Source: an uncultured Acidobacteriota bacterium
Lineage (GTDB): Bacteria > Acidobacteriota > Thermoanaerobaculia > Gp7-AA8
NCBI GenBank assembly: GCA_963741955.1
Contig: CAVUKB010000005.1
Coordinates: forward strand, 928,001-992,000
DNA: 64,000 nucleotides
Direction: 5' to 3'
Shown here: positions 48,448 through 58,400 of the stretch, one piece after another
How the letters are laid out: each line of letters starts with the position of its first letter
Position numbering within the stretch: position 1 is the stretch's first letter
Program-made: the position numbers and the translations under genes
The notes under the pieces: model-generated
Database searches by the model: none
Told to the model about the DNA's origin: nothing
What the model saw: only the letters and a program-made list of their open reading frames with translations

Positions 48448-51102
48448 ATGGATATCGAAGACCTCGCGACCGAGACCGTTTCTCCCGATCAGGTCGAGAC
48501 CTCTCCGACTCTTCTCCCCGTTTCCGGCACCGTCATCGGGGAGCGCTACGAGATCCGGGAGGTCCTCGGCACGGGCGGGTTCGCCGTCGTGTATCTGGCA
48601 TTCGACCGTGAACTCCGTCGCGAGGTCGCCCTGAAGGTTCTCCGGCCGGAGAAGGCGACGCCCGAAGGACTCCTGCGATTCAAACGAGAGGTGCAGATTG
48701 CCCGCGACGTCCATGGTCCGCGTCTGGTCCGGATCTTCGACATCGGATCGGGCTCGGGCTTCGTTTACTTCACGATGGAGCCGCTGCGCCGGGGAGCCCT
48801 GAAGCGGCGGCTGTCGACGCGGAAAGAACTCCCTCTCGATGAAGTGCTGAGCATGAGCATCGAGATCCTGGAAGGGCTGGAGGTCCTCCACACTCACGAG
48901 ATCGTCCATCGCGACATCAAGCCGGCGAACGTCCTTCTGGACGATGCAGGGCACGTCAAGCTCTCTGATTTCGGGATCGCTCGTCCTCTCTCATCCGACG
49001 ATGCGCAGGTGACCACGACCGGCGCACTCGTCGGCACGCTCGACTACGTCTCTCCGGAACAGGCGCGCGGCCGCGCGGTCGACGCGAGAAGCGATCTCTA
49101 CTCTCTCGGAGTGGTCCTCTACGAAATGTTGACCGGGCAGCTCCCCTGGAAGGGGGAAACCGCCGCCCCCGATCTCGTCGGGCGATTCGAAGTGAAGGCT
49201 CCCGACGTTCGAGACCAGCGCCCCGACGTTCCTCCGTGGCTCGCCGGAGTGATCCGCCGGCTTCTCGAAAAGAATCCCGCAAAGCGCTATCAGAACGCCG
49301 CGACAGTCATTGAAGACCTCCGGCGTGCCCGATTCACGCCCTCTCGGGTACATCCAAGTGATCCGAAGTTCTGGATCCCGCTGGTCGCAATACTCGCACT
49401 CGGCATCACGCTCGCGGCATTCCTCCAGCTCCACCGCGAGCCCCGCTTTTCGCATCTGGTACGTGCGGGCAAGACCTCCATCGCCGCCGTCGACGCTCAG
49501 GGGCGGGAACTCTGGAAGCGCACCGGCGTCGATCCGGAAATGATCTACCGTGCGCCCCTCGCGCGAGCTCCGTGGAGCGGATCCCCTCTCATCGCCACCG
49601 TCCTGCGAAGCCCGCGCGACTGGACGCCGGGGACGGTCCGCAAACTCTCGTTTCTCGATCCCTCGTCGGGTCAGATCGTCCACACCGTGACGCTTCCCTC
49701 CGGTGGCGACTACTTTTCCACCGTCTCCGACCGCTACATGCCCGACACGATCATCGCCACAGACCTCGATCACGACGGTATCGATGAGATCCTCGTCTCG
49801 TACATCCACGTTCCGGAGTGGCCGTCCTGGACCGTGCTGTACGAACCTCAATGGGACCGCGCGCGCATTCTCTTCATGGGAACGGGACACCATCGCGTGG
49901 TGGCGGTACACGACCTCGACGGCGATGGACGCGCCGAGGTATTACTTCGCGGCATCAATAACGGGTTCGGCTGGTACAACTCGTTGACTGCAGTTCACAT
50001 CCTCCCCTGGGTCGGTGAAGGCCTGACGAAGGAACCGGTTCCTCTCTTTTCGCCCGATCGCTCCGACGACGCGCGGCTGACAGCCGGGATCATGTGGTAC
50101 ACGCTCCTCCCCCGCGGCTCGTCGGTGAGCACACCCGACACCGTCACGTTCGACGACACGAAGAAGCTGCTGCACGTTGCTTACTCCGCCAGAGCCCCGT
50201 ACACCCTCACCTACGCAGGGTTCGTTCCGCGCAGTTCCGGCACTCCGGAGCCGCGCCGTGAGGTATTGCGCCAGAACGCCTTCGCGAATTACCGCGAAGC
50301 GAAGCGCCTGTTGCTGGTCGGCCGTGAGCGTGAGAGCCTGGAGGAGATCAGGCTCGCCGAACGGAACGCATCCGCATCCGGAGATCCGATCCTCGACGAA
50401 GCCATCAGCTGCCTCGGGGGTCGGGTCATGATTTTCAATGGCCTCCTGGACGAAGGGTCCCGATTCTTCGATGGGCTTGCGACGCATTCGGAGAATCCTT
50501 CGGAGATCTCGTATTACGCCGCCGAGTCGTTTCATCTGCACGGCGATCTCGCCCGCGCGGTCGCATGGTACGAGCGAGGGCTCGGCACCGGAGGGTCGAC
50601 GGAGGCCGGTAAATCGAAACACGAGTTTCTGGAGGGAATCGTCCTGGCGCGAGTGGAGATGGGAGAGCCGCAGAAGGCGCTCGACGCAGTGGATCGCTTC
50701 AGCAACAGCTACGGTCCACAGCGTGCGATGATCTATCGGGAATACGTCCATTGGGCGACCGGACAGCCGGTGCAGATCCGGAATCTCTGGACTGCGCCGA
50801 ACGCGGAAGACGTCGTCCGCTACCTCGTGCTCGAATTTCGTGCCGCCCGAAACGAACCTCCGGATGAGCTCCTCGATCGAACCCAGTCGGAGATCGACGG
50901 CGGGTCGGAGCTCGTCTGCGGCCTCTGGTCCCTCAAAGGAGAGCTTCTCGAGAAGCTCGGCAGACACGAGGAAGCGCTGCAGGCCGCGGAACACGCGGTG
51001 GAAGTGGCGCACCGCGATCGACGAACCGACACGTTCGCGCGCGCGCTCACCGGACGCATCGAGTCCCGCCTCCGGTCCTTGCAGCACGTCGCCTCGAACT
51101 AA
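48448..51102 (+). CDS. Hanks-type Ser/Thr kinase with TM helix, FG-GAP-like repeats and TPR-like C-terminus
   Basis: LGTGGFAVV, VALK, HRDIKPAN, DFG, YVSPE, DLYSLG; TM FWIPLVAILALGITLAAF; DLDHDGIDE and DLDGDGRAE; start uncertain. Confidence 0.92.
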   Translation: MDIEDLATETVSPDQVETSPTLLPVSGTVIGERYEIREVLGTGGFAVVYLAFDRELRREVALKVLRPEKATPEGLLRFKREVQIARDVHGPRLVRIFDIGSGSGFVYFTMEPLRRGALKRRLSTRKELPLDEVLSMSIEILEGLEVLHTHEIVHRDIKPANVLLDDAGHVKLSDFGIARPLSSDDAQVTTTGALVGTLDYVSPEQARGRAVDARSDLYSLGVVLYEMLTGQLPWKGETAAPDLVGRFEVKAPDVRDQRPDVPPWLAGVIRRLLEKNPAKRYQNAATVIEDLRRARFTPSRVHPSDPKFWIPLVAILALGITLAAFLQLHREPRFSHLVRAGKTSIAAVDAQGRELWKRTGVDPEMIYRAPLARAPWSGSPLIATVLRSPRDWTPGTVRKLSFLDPSSGQIVHTVTLPSGGDYFSTVSDRYMPDTIIATDLDHDGIDEILVSYIHVPEWPSWTVLYEPQWDRARILFMGTGHHRVVAVHDLDGDGRAEVLLRGINNGFGWYNSLTAVHILPWVGEGLTKEPVPLFSPDRSDDARLTAGIMWYTLLPRGSSVSTPDTVTFDDTKKLLHVAYSARAPYTLTYAGFVPRSSGTPEPRREVLRQNAFANYREAKRLLLVGRERESLEEIRLAERNASASGDPILDEAISCLGGRVMIFNGLLDEGSRFFDGLATHSENPSEISYYAAESFHLHGDLARAVAWYERGLGTGGSTEAGKSKHEFLEGIVLARVEMGEPQKALDAVDRFSNSYGPQRAMIYREYVHWATGQPVQIRNLWTAPNAEDVVRYLVLEFRAARNEPPDELLDRTQSEIDGGSELVCGLWSLKGELLEKLGRHEEALQAAEHAVEVAHRDRRTDTFARALTGRIESRLRSLQHVASN

Positions 51103-51288
51103 GACGATTCGAAGATTGGCGGCTTTCGGTGAGTCTCGACGGCGGAAATCTCGAGACCAGCAGCCTTCAGAAGTGCGTAGCGACGGCGTCTGGAGAGCCT
51201 GCGGATCCCGGCTCTCGAAGATCTCACGACCGCTACGGATGTCCTGCAGTCGCCGTAAACATCCGATGCGTGGCGAGCGATCTCGAGG

Positions 51289-51825
51289 TCAGGGTTGTCC
51301 GATCGTGTAGTCGACCGTCGCGCGGATCTCCTCGTACCGCGCCTCGAAGAGCGGGCGGAGCACGATCGACTCGCGGTCGAGCGCGTGGTCGATGGCGAGT
51401 ACGCCGTCGAGGTGGTCGGTCTCGTGCTGGAGGAGCTCGGACTCCGCGATCTCGAGGTCGGACCAGTGGTGATCGCGTCCCGCTTCGTCGTGGTAGTGCA
51501 GCGAGATGGAGCGATGACGGCGCAGCCGCACCAGGATGTCCGGGAAACTCATGCAGTCATCCCACATCGTGAAGCTCTCTTCGCTTCGTGAGGTGATGAC
51601 GGGGTTCACCACGAGGAAAGGCCCTTTGCCGAGATCGATCGCGATGAAACGCTGTCCGATCCCGATCTGCGGCGCCGCGATCGCGCGACCGAAGCCGTGA
51701 CGGCGGCGGAAGTCGGCCAGCGTGGCGGCGAGCGTGTCGGCGGCCGCGCGAAACGAGGGGCTGGCGAAGTCGGTGACTTCGCTCGCACGGATCCTCAGGC
51801 GCGGATCGCCGAGGAGGAGGACCGA
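51289..51825 (-). pseudogene. peptide deformylase duplicate lacking a nearby start codon
   Basis: Frame intact from VLLLGDPRL to the stop and highly similar to 52899-53459. No in-frame ATG/GTG/TTG near the homologous start; the only listed start (52083) lies deep inside the toxin gene. Confidence 0.65.
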
Positions 51826-51928
51826 AAGAGCGGCGACGGCGCCCGAGCTGCTTCCTCGCGGAAGCGGCCCCCATTGAAGCCGAACGGCCGGTTCAGATCG
51901 CCCCCCCCCGGAATCACTCGATGTCGCC

Positions 51929-52525
51929 TCATCGATGCATCCTGACGATCGCCTCGTCGAGCAGTTGAACGAGCGACCGCCCCCGCGCGTAGCCTCGATC
52001 CTCGACCAGCCGTGCGAGCGCACGAGACTGCCCGATCTCCTCGTCGGTCGCATTGCGCAACATGGATCGGAGGTCATCGGCATCCATGGGACGGTCGCGG
52101 TCGTGCCGTGCCAGGAGCTTCATGACTATCAGATGAGGTCTCGGAGCAACGGGAACCTCGAGGCCCTCGAAGACCTCGACGCGGATCGCATCCCGCACGG
52201 CCTCCTGCTCGATTCCGGCCGAGGCGAACAGGATGTCGACGACGATTCCGTTCGGCACGGCAAGCGAATGGAGCCGGGCGGTGGCGAGCCGGCCCACGGC
52301 TTCCTGTTCGATGATCTCCTGGTCCTGGTAGCCACGCCCTCTCAGCTCGCGGATCAACTCCTCGGCCTGTCTGTCGTCTTCGACCGCTACCGCGACGTCG
52401 ACGTCGCGTGTCAATCTCGGCTCCCCCCACACGGACACCGCGAGTCCGCCGACCAGACACCAACGAGCACCGAGCATGTCGAGGTCGGCCGCCATCTTTT
52501 CGAGAATCGTCTGAAGGCGGCTCAT
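51929..52525 (-). CDS. MenT1-like nucleotidyltransferase toxin
   Basis: LVGGLAVS...EPRLTRDVD, VVDILFAS.GIE, HLIVMKLLAR..RP.D..DL closely resemble (from recall) M. tuberculosis Rv0078A. Confidence 0.88.
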   Translation of the reverse strand: MSRLQTILEKMAADLDMLGARWCLVGGLAVSVWGEPRLTRDVDVAVAVEDDRQAEELIRELRGRGYQDQEIIEQEAVGRLATARLHSLAVPNGIVVDILFASAGIEQEAVRDAIRVEVFEGLEVPVAPRPHLIVMKLLARHDRDRPMDADDLRSMLRNATDEEIGQSRALARLVEDRGYARGRSLVQLLDEAIVRMHR

Positions 52526-52749
52526 TCTGCAGAGCGTTCCTCGAGTGACGTTGGCTGGCCCGGACAGTCCCCGTGCGGGGCACCGGGCCGGTCGTGCAGC
52601 CATCCGACGATCATCGACTCGATCTCGGCCTCGCTGGCGTCCGGGTTCTCGCGCCGGAGTGACTGCCGCTTCAGTGCCTCGCCGGCCTCGAACAGATCGA
52701 ACGCCAGCCGGAGGTTCTTCGCCTCGTTTCGATCACGATGGATCATCAC
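52522..52749 (-). CDS. MenA1-like antitoxin
   Basis: LRLAFDLFEAGE...LRRENPDA...IE...W..RPGA..GD resembles (from recall) Rv0078B; ATGA overlap with the toxin. Confidence 0.85.
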   Translation of the reverse strand: MMIHRDRNEAKNLRLAFDLFEAGEALKRQSLRRENPDASEAEIESMIVGWLHDRPGAPHGDCPGQPTSLEERSAE

Positions 52750-52898
52750 CGTCAAGTATAGAGGCGGGGCGGGGCGGGGCATAGTCTCAATGGCGCGAGC
52801 TCGAGGATGCTGTCATCCCGATCGTGGGCGGGTGTGAGGGCGGGGCGATGGATCCCGCAAGCTCGGACGACCCTGCTGAAGCTGCAAGAAAGCGCAGG

Positions 52899-53459
52899 CT
52901 ATGAGCCCGCGCTCCTGATCGCGTAGTCGACCGTTGCCCGGAGCTCCTCGTACCGCGCCTCGAAGAGCGGGCGGAGGACGATCGACTCGCGGTCGAGCGC
53001 GTGGTCGATGGCGAGAACGCCGTCCAGGTGATCGGTCTCGTGCTGCAGGAGCTCCGACTCGGCGGTATCGAGATCTCTCCACTCGTGATCGCGTCCCGCT
53101 TCGTCGTGGTAGTACAGCGAGATGGAGCGATGACGGCGCAGACGCACCAGGATGTCCGGGAAACTCATGCAGTCATCCCACATCGTGAAGGTCTCTTCGC
53201 TTCGTGAGGTGATGACGGGGTTCACCACGAGGAAAGGTCCTTTGCCGAGATCGATCGCGATGAAACGCTGCCCGATCCCGATCTGCGGCGCCGCGATCGC
53301 GCGACCGAAGCCGTGACGGCGGCGGAAGTCGGCCAGCGTAGCGGCGAGGGTGTCGGCGGCCGCGCGGAACGAGGGGCTGGCGAAGTCGGTGACTTCGCTC
53401 GCACGGATCCTCAGGCGCGGATCGCCGAGGAGGAGGACGGTGGCCGGGGGTTGCGGCAT
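52899..53459 (-). CDS. def: peptide deformylase (atypical motifs)
   Basis: LGDPRL, GRAIAAPQIG, NP.I, DDCMS (for EGCLS), QHETDHLDG; TACAAT 6 nt before ATG. Confidence 0.88.
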   Translation of the reverse strand: MPQPPATVLLLGDPRLRIRASEVTDFASPSFRAAADTLAATLADFRRRHGFGRAIAAPQIGIGQRFIAIDLGKGPFLVVNPVITSRSEETFTMWDDCMSFPDILVRLRRHRSISLYYHDEAGRDHEWRDLDTAESELLQHETDHLDGVLAIDHALDRESIVLRPLFEARYEELRATVDYAIRSAGS

Positions 53460-53556
53460 GTGGTTATTGTAGGCGCGAAGCGCACGGATCGAGATGCTCG
53501 GATCGGTATGATGAAGAGGGAGGCTGCGGGCGTGCGCCCGGAGCGTTTGCGATTCA

Positions 53557-54417
53557 GCGCGCGGATCCGCTTCTGCCGAGGATCGGGGCGATGCTGCTGT
53601 CGCGCATGTGCCGTGATCCGCGCGGCGGATCGGAGGATCCGCACCCCTCGGCGATTTCGCGCGTGCGAATTGATGATGTGCGGTTCTCGGCGCTTCGCGT
53701 GCGCGCGGCTCCGCTTCTGCCGAAGATCGGGGCGATGCTGCTGGCGCGCACGTGCCGTGATCCGCGCGGCGGATCGGAGGATCCGCACCCCTCGGCGTTT
53801 TCGCGCGTGCGAATTGATGATGTGCGGTTCTCGGCGCTTCGCGTGCGCGCGGATCCGCTTCTGCCGAGGATCGGGGCGATGCTGCTGGCGCGCACGTGCC
53901 GTGATCCGCGCGGCGGATCGGAGGATCCGCACCCCACGGCGTTTTCGCGCGTGCGAATTGATGATGCGCGGTTCTCGGCGCTTCGCGTGCGAAGCGGCTC
54001 CGCTTCTGCCGAAGATCGGGGGGATGCTGCTGTCGCGCACGTGCCGTGATCCGCGCGGCGGATCGGGGGATCCGCACCCCTCGGCGTTTTCGCGCGTGCG
54101 AATTGATGATGCGCGGTTCTCGGCGCTTCGCGTGCGAAGCGGCTTCGCTTCTGCCGAGGATCGGGGGGATGCTGCTGTCGCGCTCGTGCCGTGATCCGCG
54201 CGGCGGATCGGAGGATCCGCACCCCTCGGCGTTTTCGCGCGTGCGAATTGATGATGTGCGGTTCTCGGCGCTTCGCGTGCGAAGCGGCTTCGCTTCTGCC
54301 GAGGATCGGGGCGATGCTGCTGTCGCGCACGTGCCGTGATCTGCGCGGCGGATCGGAGGATCCGCACCCCTCGGCGTTTTCGCACGTGCGAATTGATGAC
54401 GTGCGGTTCTCGGCGCT
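53557..54417. repeat. tandem array, 144-145-bp unit x 6 (family 3)
   Basis: GCGG.T.CGCTTCTGCCGA starts at about 53561, 53705, 53849, 53994, 54139 and 54284; hairpin GCGGATC-GGAG-GATCCGC. Confidence 0.95.
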
Positions 54418-54435
54418 GTGAGGTCCAGCGGAGGC

Positions 54436-55215
54436 TCAATCGCCTTCCTGAAGCAGACGGGCGATTTTCGCGACCAGGATCCGCGGGCCGAAACGGACCG
54501 ATTCCGCTCCGATCCAGTTCATCACTCCGGGAACGACGACGCGTTTTCCGCGGAGCATGCCGCGGTAGCCGATCCTCGCCGCCTTCATCGAAGGCATCGG
54601 CGTCATCAGATTGAAGAGGCGCGACTTGTTCATCTGCGCCGTCTCCGCGAATCCGGTGGCAGTCGGTCCGGGGCAGAACGCGGTCACCGTCACTCCGCTC
54701 CCCGAGACCTCCTCTGCGATCGCCTCCGAGAATGAGAGAACGAACGCCTTCGTCGCGTAGTAGACGGCCATCAAAGGTCCGGGCTGGAATGCCGCGGTCG
54801 AGGCGAGATTCAAGACCCGGCCCCGCCCGCGCTCCAACATCCCCGGCAGGAAAAGGCGGGTCAGATGCGTGAGCGAAGTCACGTTGACCCGGACCATTTC
54901 GATCTGTCTCTCGAGATCGAGCTCCGCGAATCGACCGGTCAGGCCGAACCCGGCGTTGTTCACCAGGAAGTCGATCGAGAGATCCCGCTCACCGGTCGCG
55001 TCGAACAGCCGCTGAGGCGAAGCGGGATCGGAGAGATCCTCCGGGACGACGTGAGCCGCGATGCCATGCTGCGCGTGAAGCTCGTCCGCCAGTTCCTGAA
55101 GCTTTCCTTCACTCCGCGCGACGAGGACGAGGTCGTGTCCGTCGCGCGCGAAAAGGCGCGCGAGGTCGAGACCGATTCCGGAGGAGGCACCGGTGATGAG
55201 CGCAGTTTGGTTCAT
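54436..55215 (-). CDS. SDR family oxidoreductase
   Basis: TGASSGIG, VNNAGFG, YYATK, CPGPT. Confidence 0.95.
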   Translation of the reverse strand: MNQTALITGASSGIGLDLARLFARDGHDLVLVARSEGKLQELADELHAQHGIAAHVVPEDLSDPASPQRLFDATGERDLSIDFLVNNAGFGLTGRFAELDLERQIEMVRVNVTSLTHLTRLFLPGMLERGRGRVLNLASTAAFQPGPLMAVYYATKAFVLSFSEAIAEEVSGSGVTVTAFCPGPTATGFAETAQMNKSRLFNLMTPMPSMKAARIGYRGMLRGKRVVVPGVMNWIGAESVRFGPRILVAKIARLLQEGD

Positions 55216-55229
55216 GGAGTCTCCTCTGG

Positions 55230-55308
55230 CAGAATATTATTCGTAAATTTGCCTCATTTACAGCACAAAATATAGTTATGCTGGCCTGAAACAGAACATT
55301 ATTCGCAA
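55230..55308. promoter_or_regulatory. AT-rich control region with two repeated quasi-palindromic boxes
   Basis: CAGAATATTATTCGTAA (55230) and CAGAACATTATTCGCAA (55292), upstream of the SDR gene. Confidence 0.45.
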
Positions 55309-55392
55309 TGATCGATCATGCGCATAGAATTCCCAGAGACACGAACGCCTGTCAGTCCGAGACTCATGCAGACCCGCTTCGTCGTACCCATC

Positions 55393-55460
55393 GCTCCCCG
55401 GCACGATGCCGGGGAGCTTCGCGCGGGACGCGCGACCCACTCTCGCGCGACCCACTTTCG
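55393..55460. repeat. single partial family-1 REP cluster
   Basis: GCTCCCCGGCA..TGCCGGGGAGC then TCGCGCGGGACGCGCGACCCAC, the inverse of the 42.6-kb unit start. Confidence 0.75.
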
Positions 55461-55462
55461 CT

Positions 55463-58400
55463 TCACTCCTCGTCGCCCGGCGCGGCAGGGGCTTCGGGCT
55501 TCAGATCGGGATTGATCTCCGGAAGAGACGCGGCGCGGAGCTTCGCGTTCAACGCGGCGAGGTCACCCTTCTCGAACGCGGTCCAGTTGTCGAGCGCGAT
55601 CCGCAGATCGCGCTGCACCGTCGCTGCCGCTTCCCGCTGCGCCGCCGTCGGTGCCGCGTCGACCTGACCGATCTGGCCGTAGAGCTGGCCGGCGGTTCCC
55701 TGGAGCTGCCCGAGGATCGGAGCGGTGCTCGTTCCCTTCTGTTCTTTCGGCGGCCCCTCGAGAATGACCTTCACCTTCTGGTCCACTGCGGCGAGATCCT
55801 TCGCCACCGCACCCTTCGCGCGTGGCGTGAGCTTCGCGATCTGCTCGCGGATGGACCGCGCCGCGGCGGTGGCCCTCGTGCTCTCCGCCATCAGCCCGGC
55901 GAGTCGATGCTCGATCCCGTACTGCTCCTGGAGATCCGCATGAGATGCCTTCACCCGCGGATCCATGGTCACGGTCAGAGGCGCGGTGAACGTCTGGCCG
56001 TTCGCGGTCAGCTTCACCATGAAGTTCCCCGGCGCGACGAGCGGCCCCTGCGGAACCCGCGGGGTCGCATGCGGAATCGCCGCGATCGGGTATTCACGTG
56101 AATCCTCGACCGGCTTCGGCTCGTGGAGATCCCACACCCAGCGGTGCATCCCGGCAGTGGTGGGAAGGATCCGCTCGGGCGCGACCCAGTAGATCGGAAT
56201 CATCTGTTTCTGAAGCTCATCCTCGGTCATCTCGGGCTGGTCGGTGCTCGCGTACCGGCGGACCAGGTTCCCGTTCGCGTCGAGTATGTCGAGCGTCACC
56301 GGTCCCGTCGCATCGTGCCCGAGCCAGTAATCGATGATCGCGCCCGCGGGAGGATTGCTCCCCATCGGTTCGTCGGCCGGAAGAGGGGTATCGGTGTTGA
56401 GGTCGCGCCGCACCCGGATTGCGCTCGCAGGATTGAAGAGCGTCACGTCCGAGCCCGCGGTGGTGGCGGTGATCTGACGCAGCGGCGAGAGGTCGTCCAG
56501 GATCCAGAACGACCGTCCATGTGTCGCGACGATCAGGTCGTTCCCGTGGATCCAGAGATCGCGCATCGAAGAATGCGGAAGGTTGAGCTCCAGCGACTGC
56601 CAGTGGTCTCCGTCGTCGAACGAGACCCGGACGCTCTTTTCCGTGCCGGCGTACAGAAGCCCTTTCCGGACCGGATCCTCGCGCACCGTGTTCACCGGCT
56701 CGTCGCCGGGGATGCCGTTCGTGATCCGCTGCCACGTCTTCCCGCCGTCGTGCGTGCGATAGACGTAGGGGTGCAGGTCGTCCACGCGCAAACGGCTCAC
56801 GCTCGCATACGCGGAGAGGTCGTCGAAGTGCGAGGCGGTGATCTGGGTGACCTTGCTCCAGGGGGTCAGGTCTGCAGGAGTAACGTCTTTCCAGCTCTTC
56901 CCGCCGTCGCGAGTGACGTGGATCAGGCCGTCATCCGTCCCGGCCCATAGCGTGTCGGTCGTCTTGAACGATGGCCCGAGGGCGTACACCACTCCGCGAT
57001 GCGGGCCGGTCGAGCCGGTCTTCAGGAGATGCCCCACACTCGGCGGGACGCCGGGATCCTTCCTCGCGAGGTCGGGACTGATCTTCTTCCAACTCGCTCC
57101 GTCGTCGCGCGTCTCGAAAACGACGTTCGCCGCGTAGTACAGGACGTGCGGATCGGCCTCGGAGAAGATGATGGGTTGGGTCCGGTCGACGCGGTATTCG
57201 TCGCCGAGCACCGGAATGGGAGTCACATTCTGCACCTGTCCGGTCGACCAGTGGAACTTCGAGACCTGGTTACGGCCGGCGCCGTACACGACGTCGGAAT
57301 CGAGCGGATCGGGAGCGACGTAACCGTACTCGATCGCTCCGACCGGATGCCAGTTGCGGAACGTGATCGCACCGTCGTTGCCACGGGTCTCGATGCAGAC
57401 CGATCCGCTCTCCTGCTGGCCGCTGCAGACGCGGTACGGAAACGCGTTGTTCGCCTGCACGTGGTAGAGCTGCGCAGTCGGCTGGTTGTACCAGGAGCTC
57501 CACGTCCGACCCCCATTCGCCGAGACCACCGCTCCCTGGTCGCTTGCGAGGAGAATCACGTTCGGGTCGGTGGGGTCGATCCAGATGTTCTGGTAATCGT
57601 CACCGCCCGGAGCTCCGCGCAGACTCATCCACGTCTTGCCGCCGTCGGTCGAGCGAACGGTCACGATCGCGGTGCTGTAGACCACGTCGGGATTCTTCGG
57701 GTCAACGCCGATCATCGGGAGATCGCCGCCGCCGATGCGCATCAGCGGGCGCGGGTCGTCGGTGATGCTGGTCCACGTCGCTCCTGCATCGTCCGAACGG
57801 TAGAGGGCCTGGCCCTCCCCCGACTGATATCCGCTGGAGAGCGTCGTCCCGACGATCATGTACAACCGGTTCGGCTTGCTCGGCGCGATGGCGAGATTCG
57901 CCTGGACGATGTGGTCCGGCAGACCGCCGCTCAGCTGGTGCCAGCTCTCGCCGCCGTCCGTCGACTTGAAGACGCCGCCTTTCGTTCCACCGTACTCGTT
58001 GCCGTACTCCCACGGACCCTGCCGCCCCTGCCAGAACGACGCGTAGACGACGTCCGGGTTCGAAGGATCGATATCGACGTCATTACCGCCGGTGTCCTCG
58101 TCGATGTAGAGGACCTTCTTCCACGTCTTCCCGCCGTCGGTGGAGCGGAAAATGCCGCGCTCTTCGTTCGGTCCGAAGGGATGGCCGAGGACCGCCGCGA
58201 AAAGGCGGTTCGGATCGCGGGGGTCGACTGCAATGGCCGGAATCTGTTGACCTTCACGAAGGCCGAGGTGGGTCCACGTCTTTCCCGCATCGGACGAACG
58301 ATAGATGCCGTCTCCGATCGAGAGGTCGGGCCGTTGCAGTCCTTCGCCGCTCGCCACGTAGAGCACGTTCGGATCCGACGGTGCAACCGCGAGCGCGCCG

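Noticed and set aside
53460-54439. N-terminal repeat extension of def (ORF from 54077) and other array ORFs
   Set aside because: A -10 box lies 6 nt before ATG 53459, and the 144/145-bp units do not keep frame.
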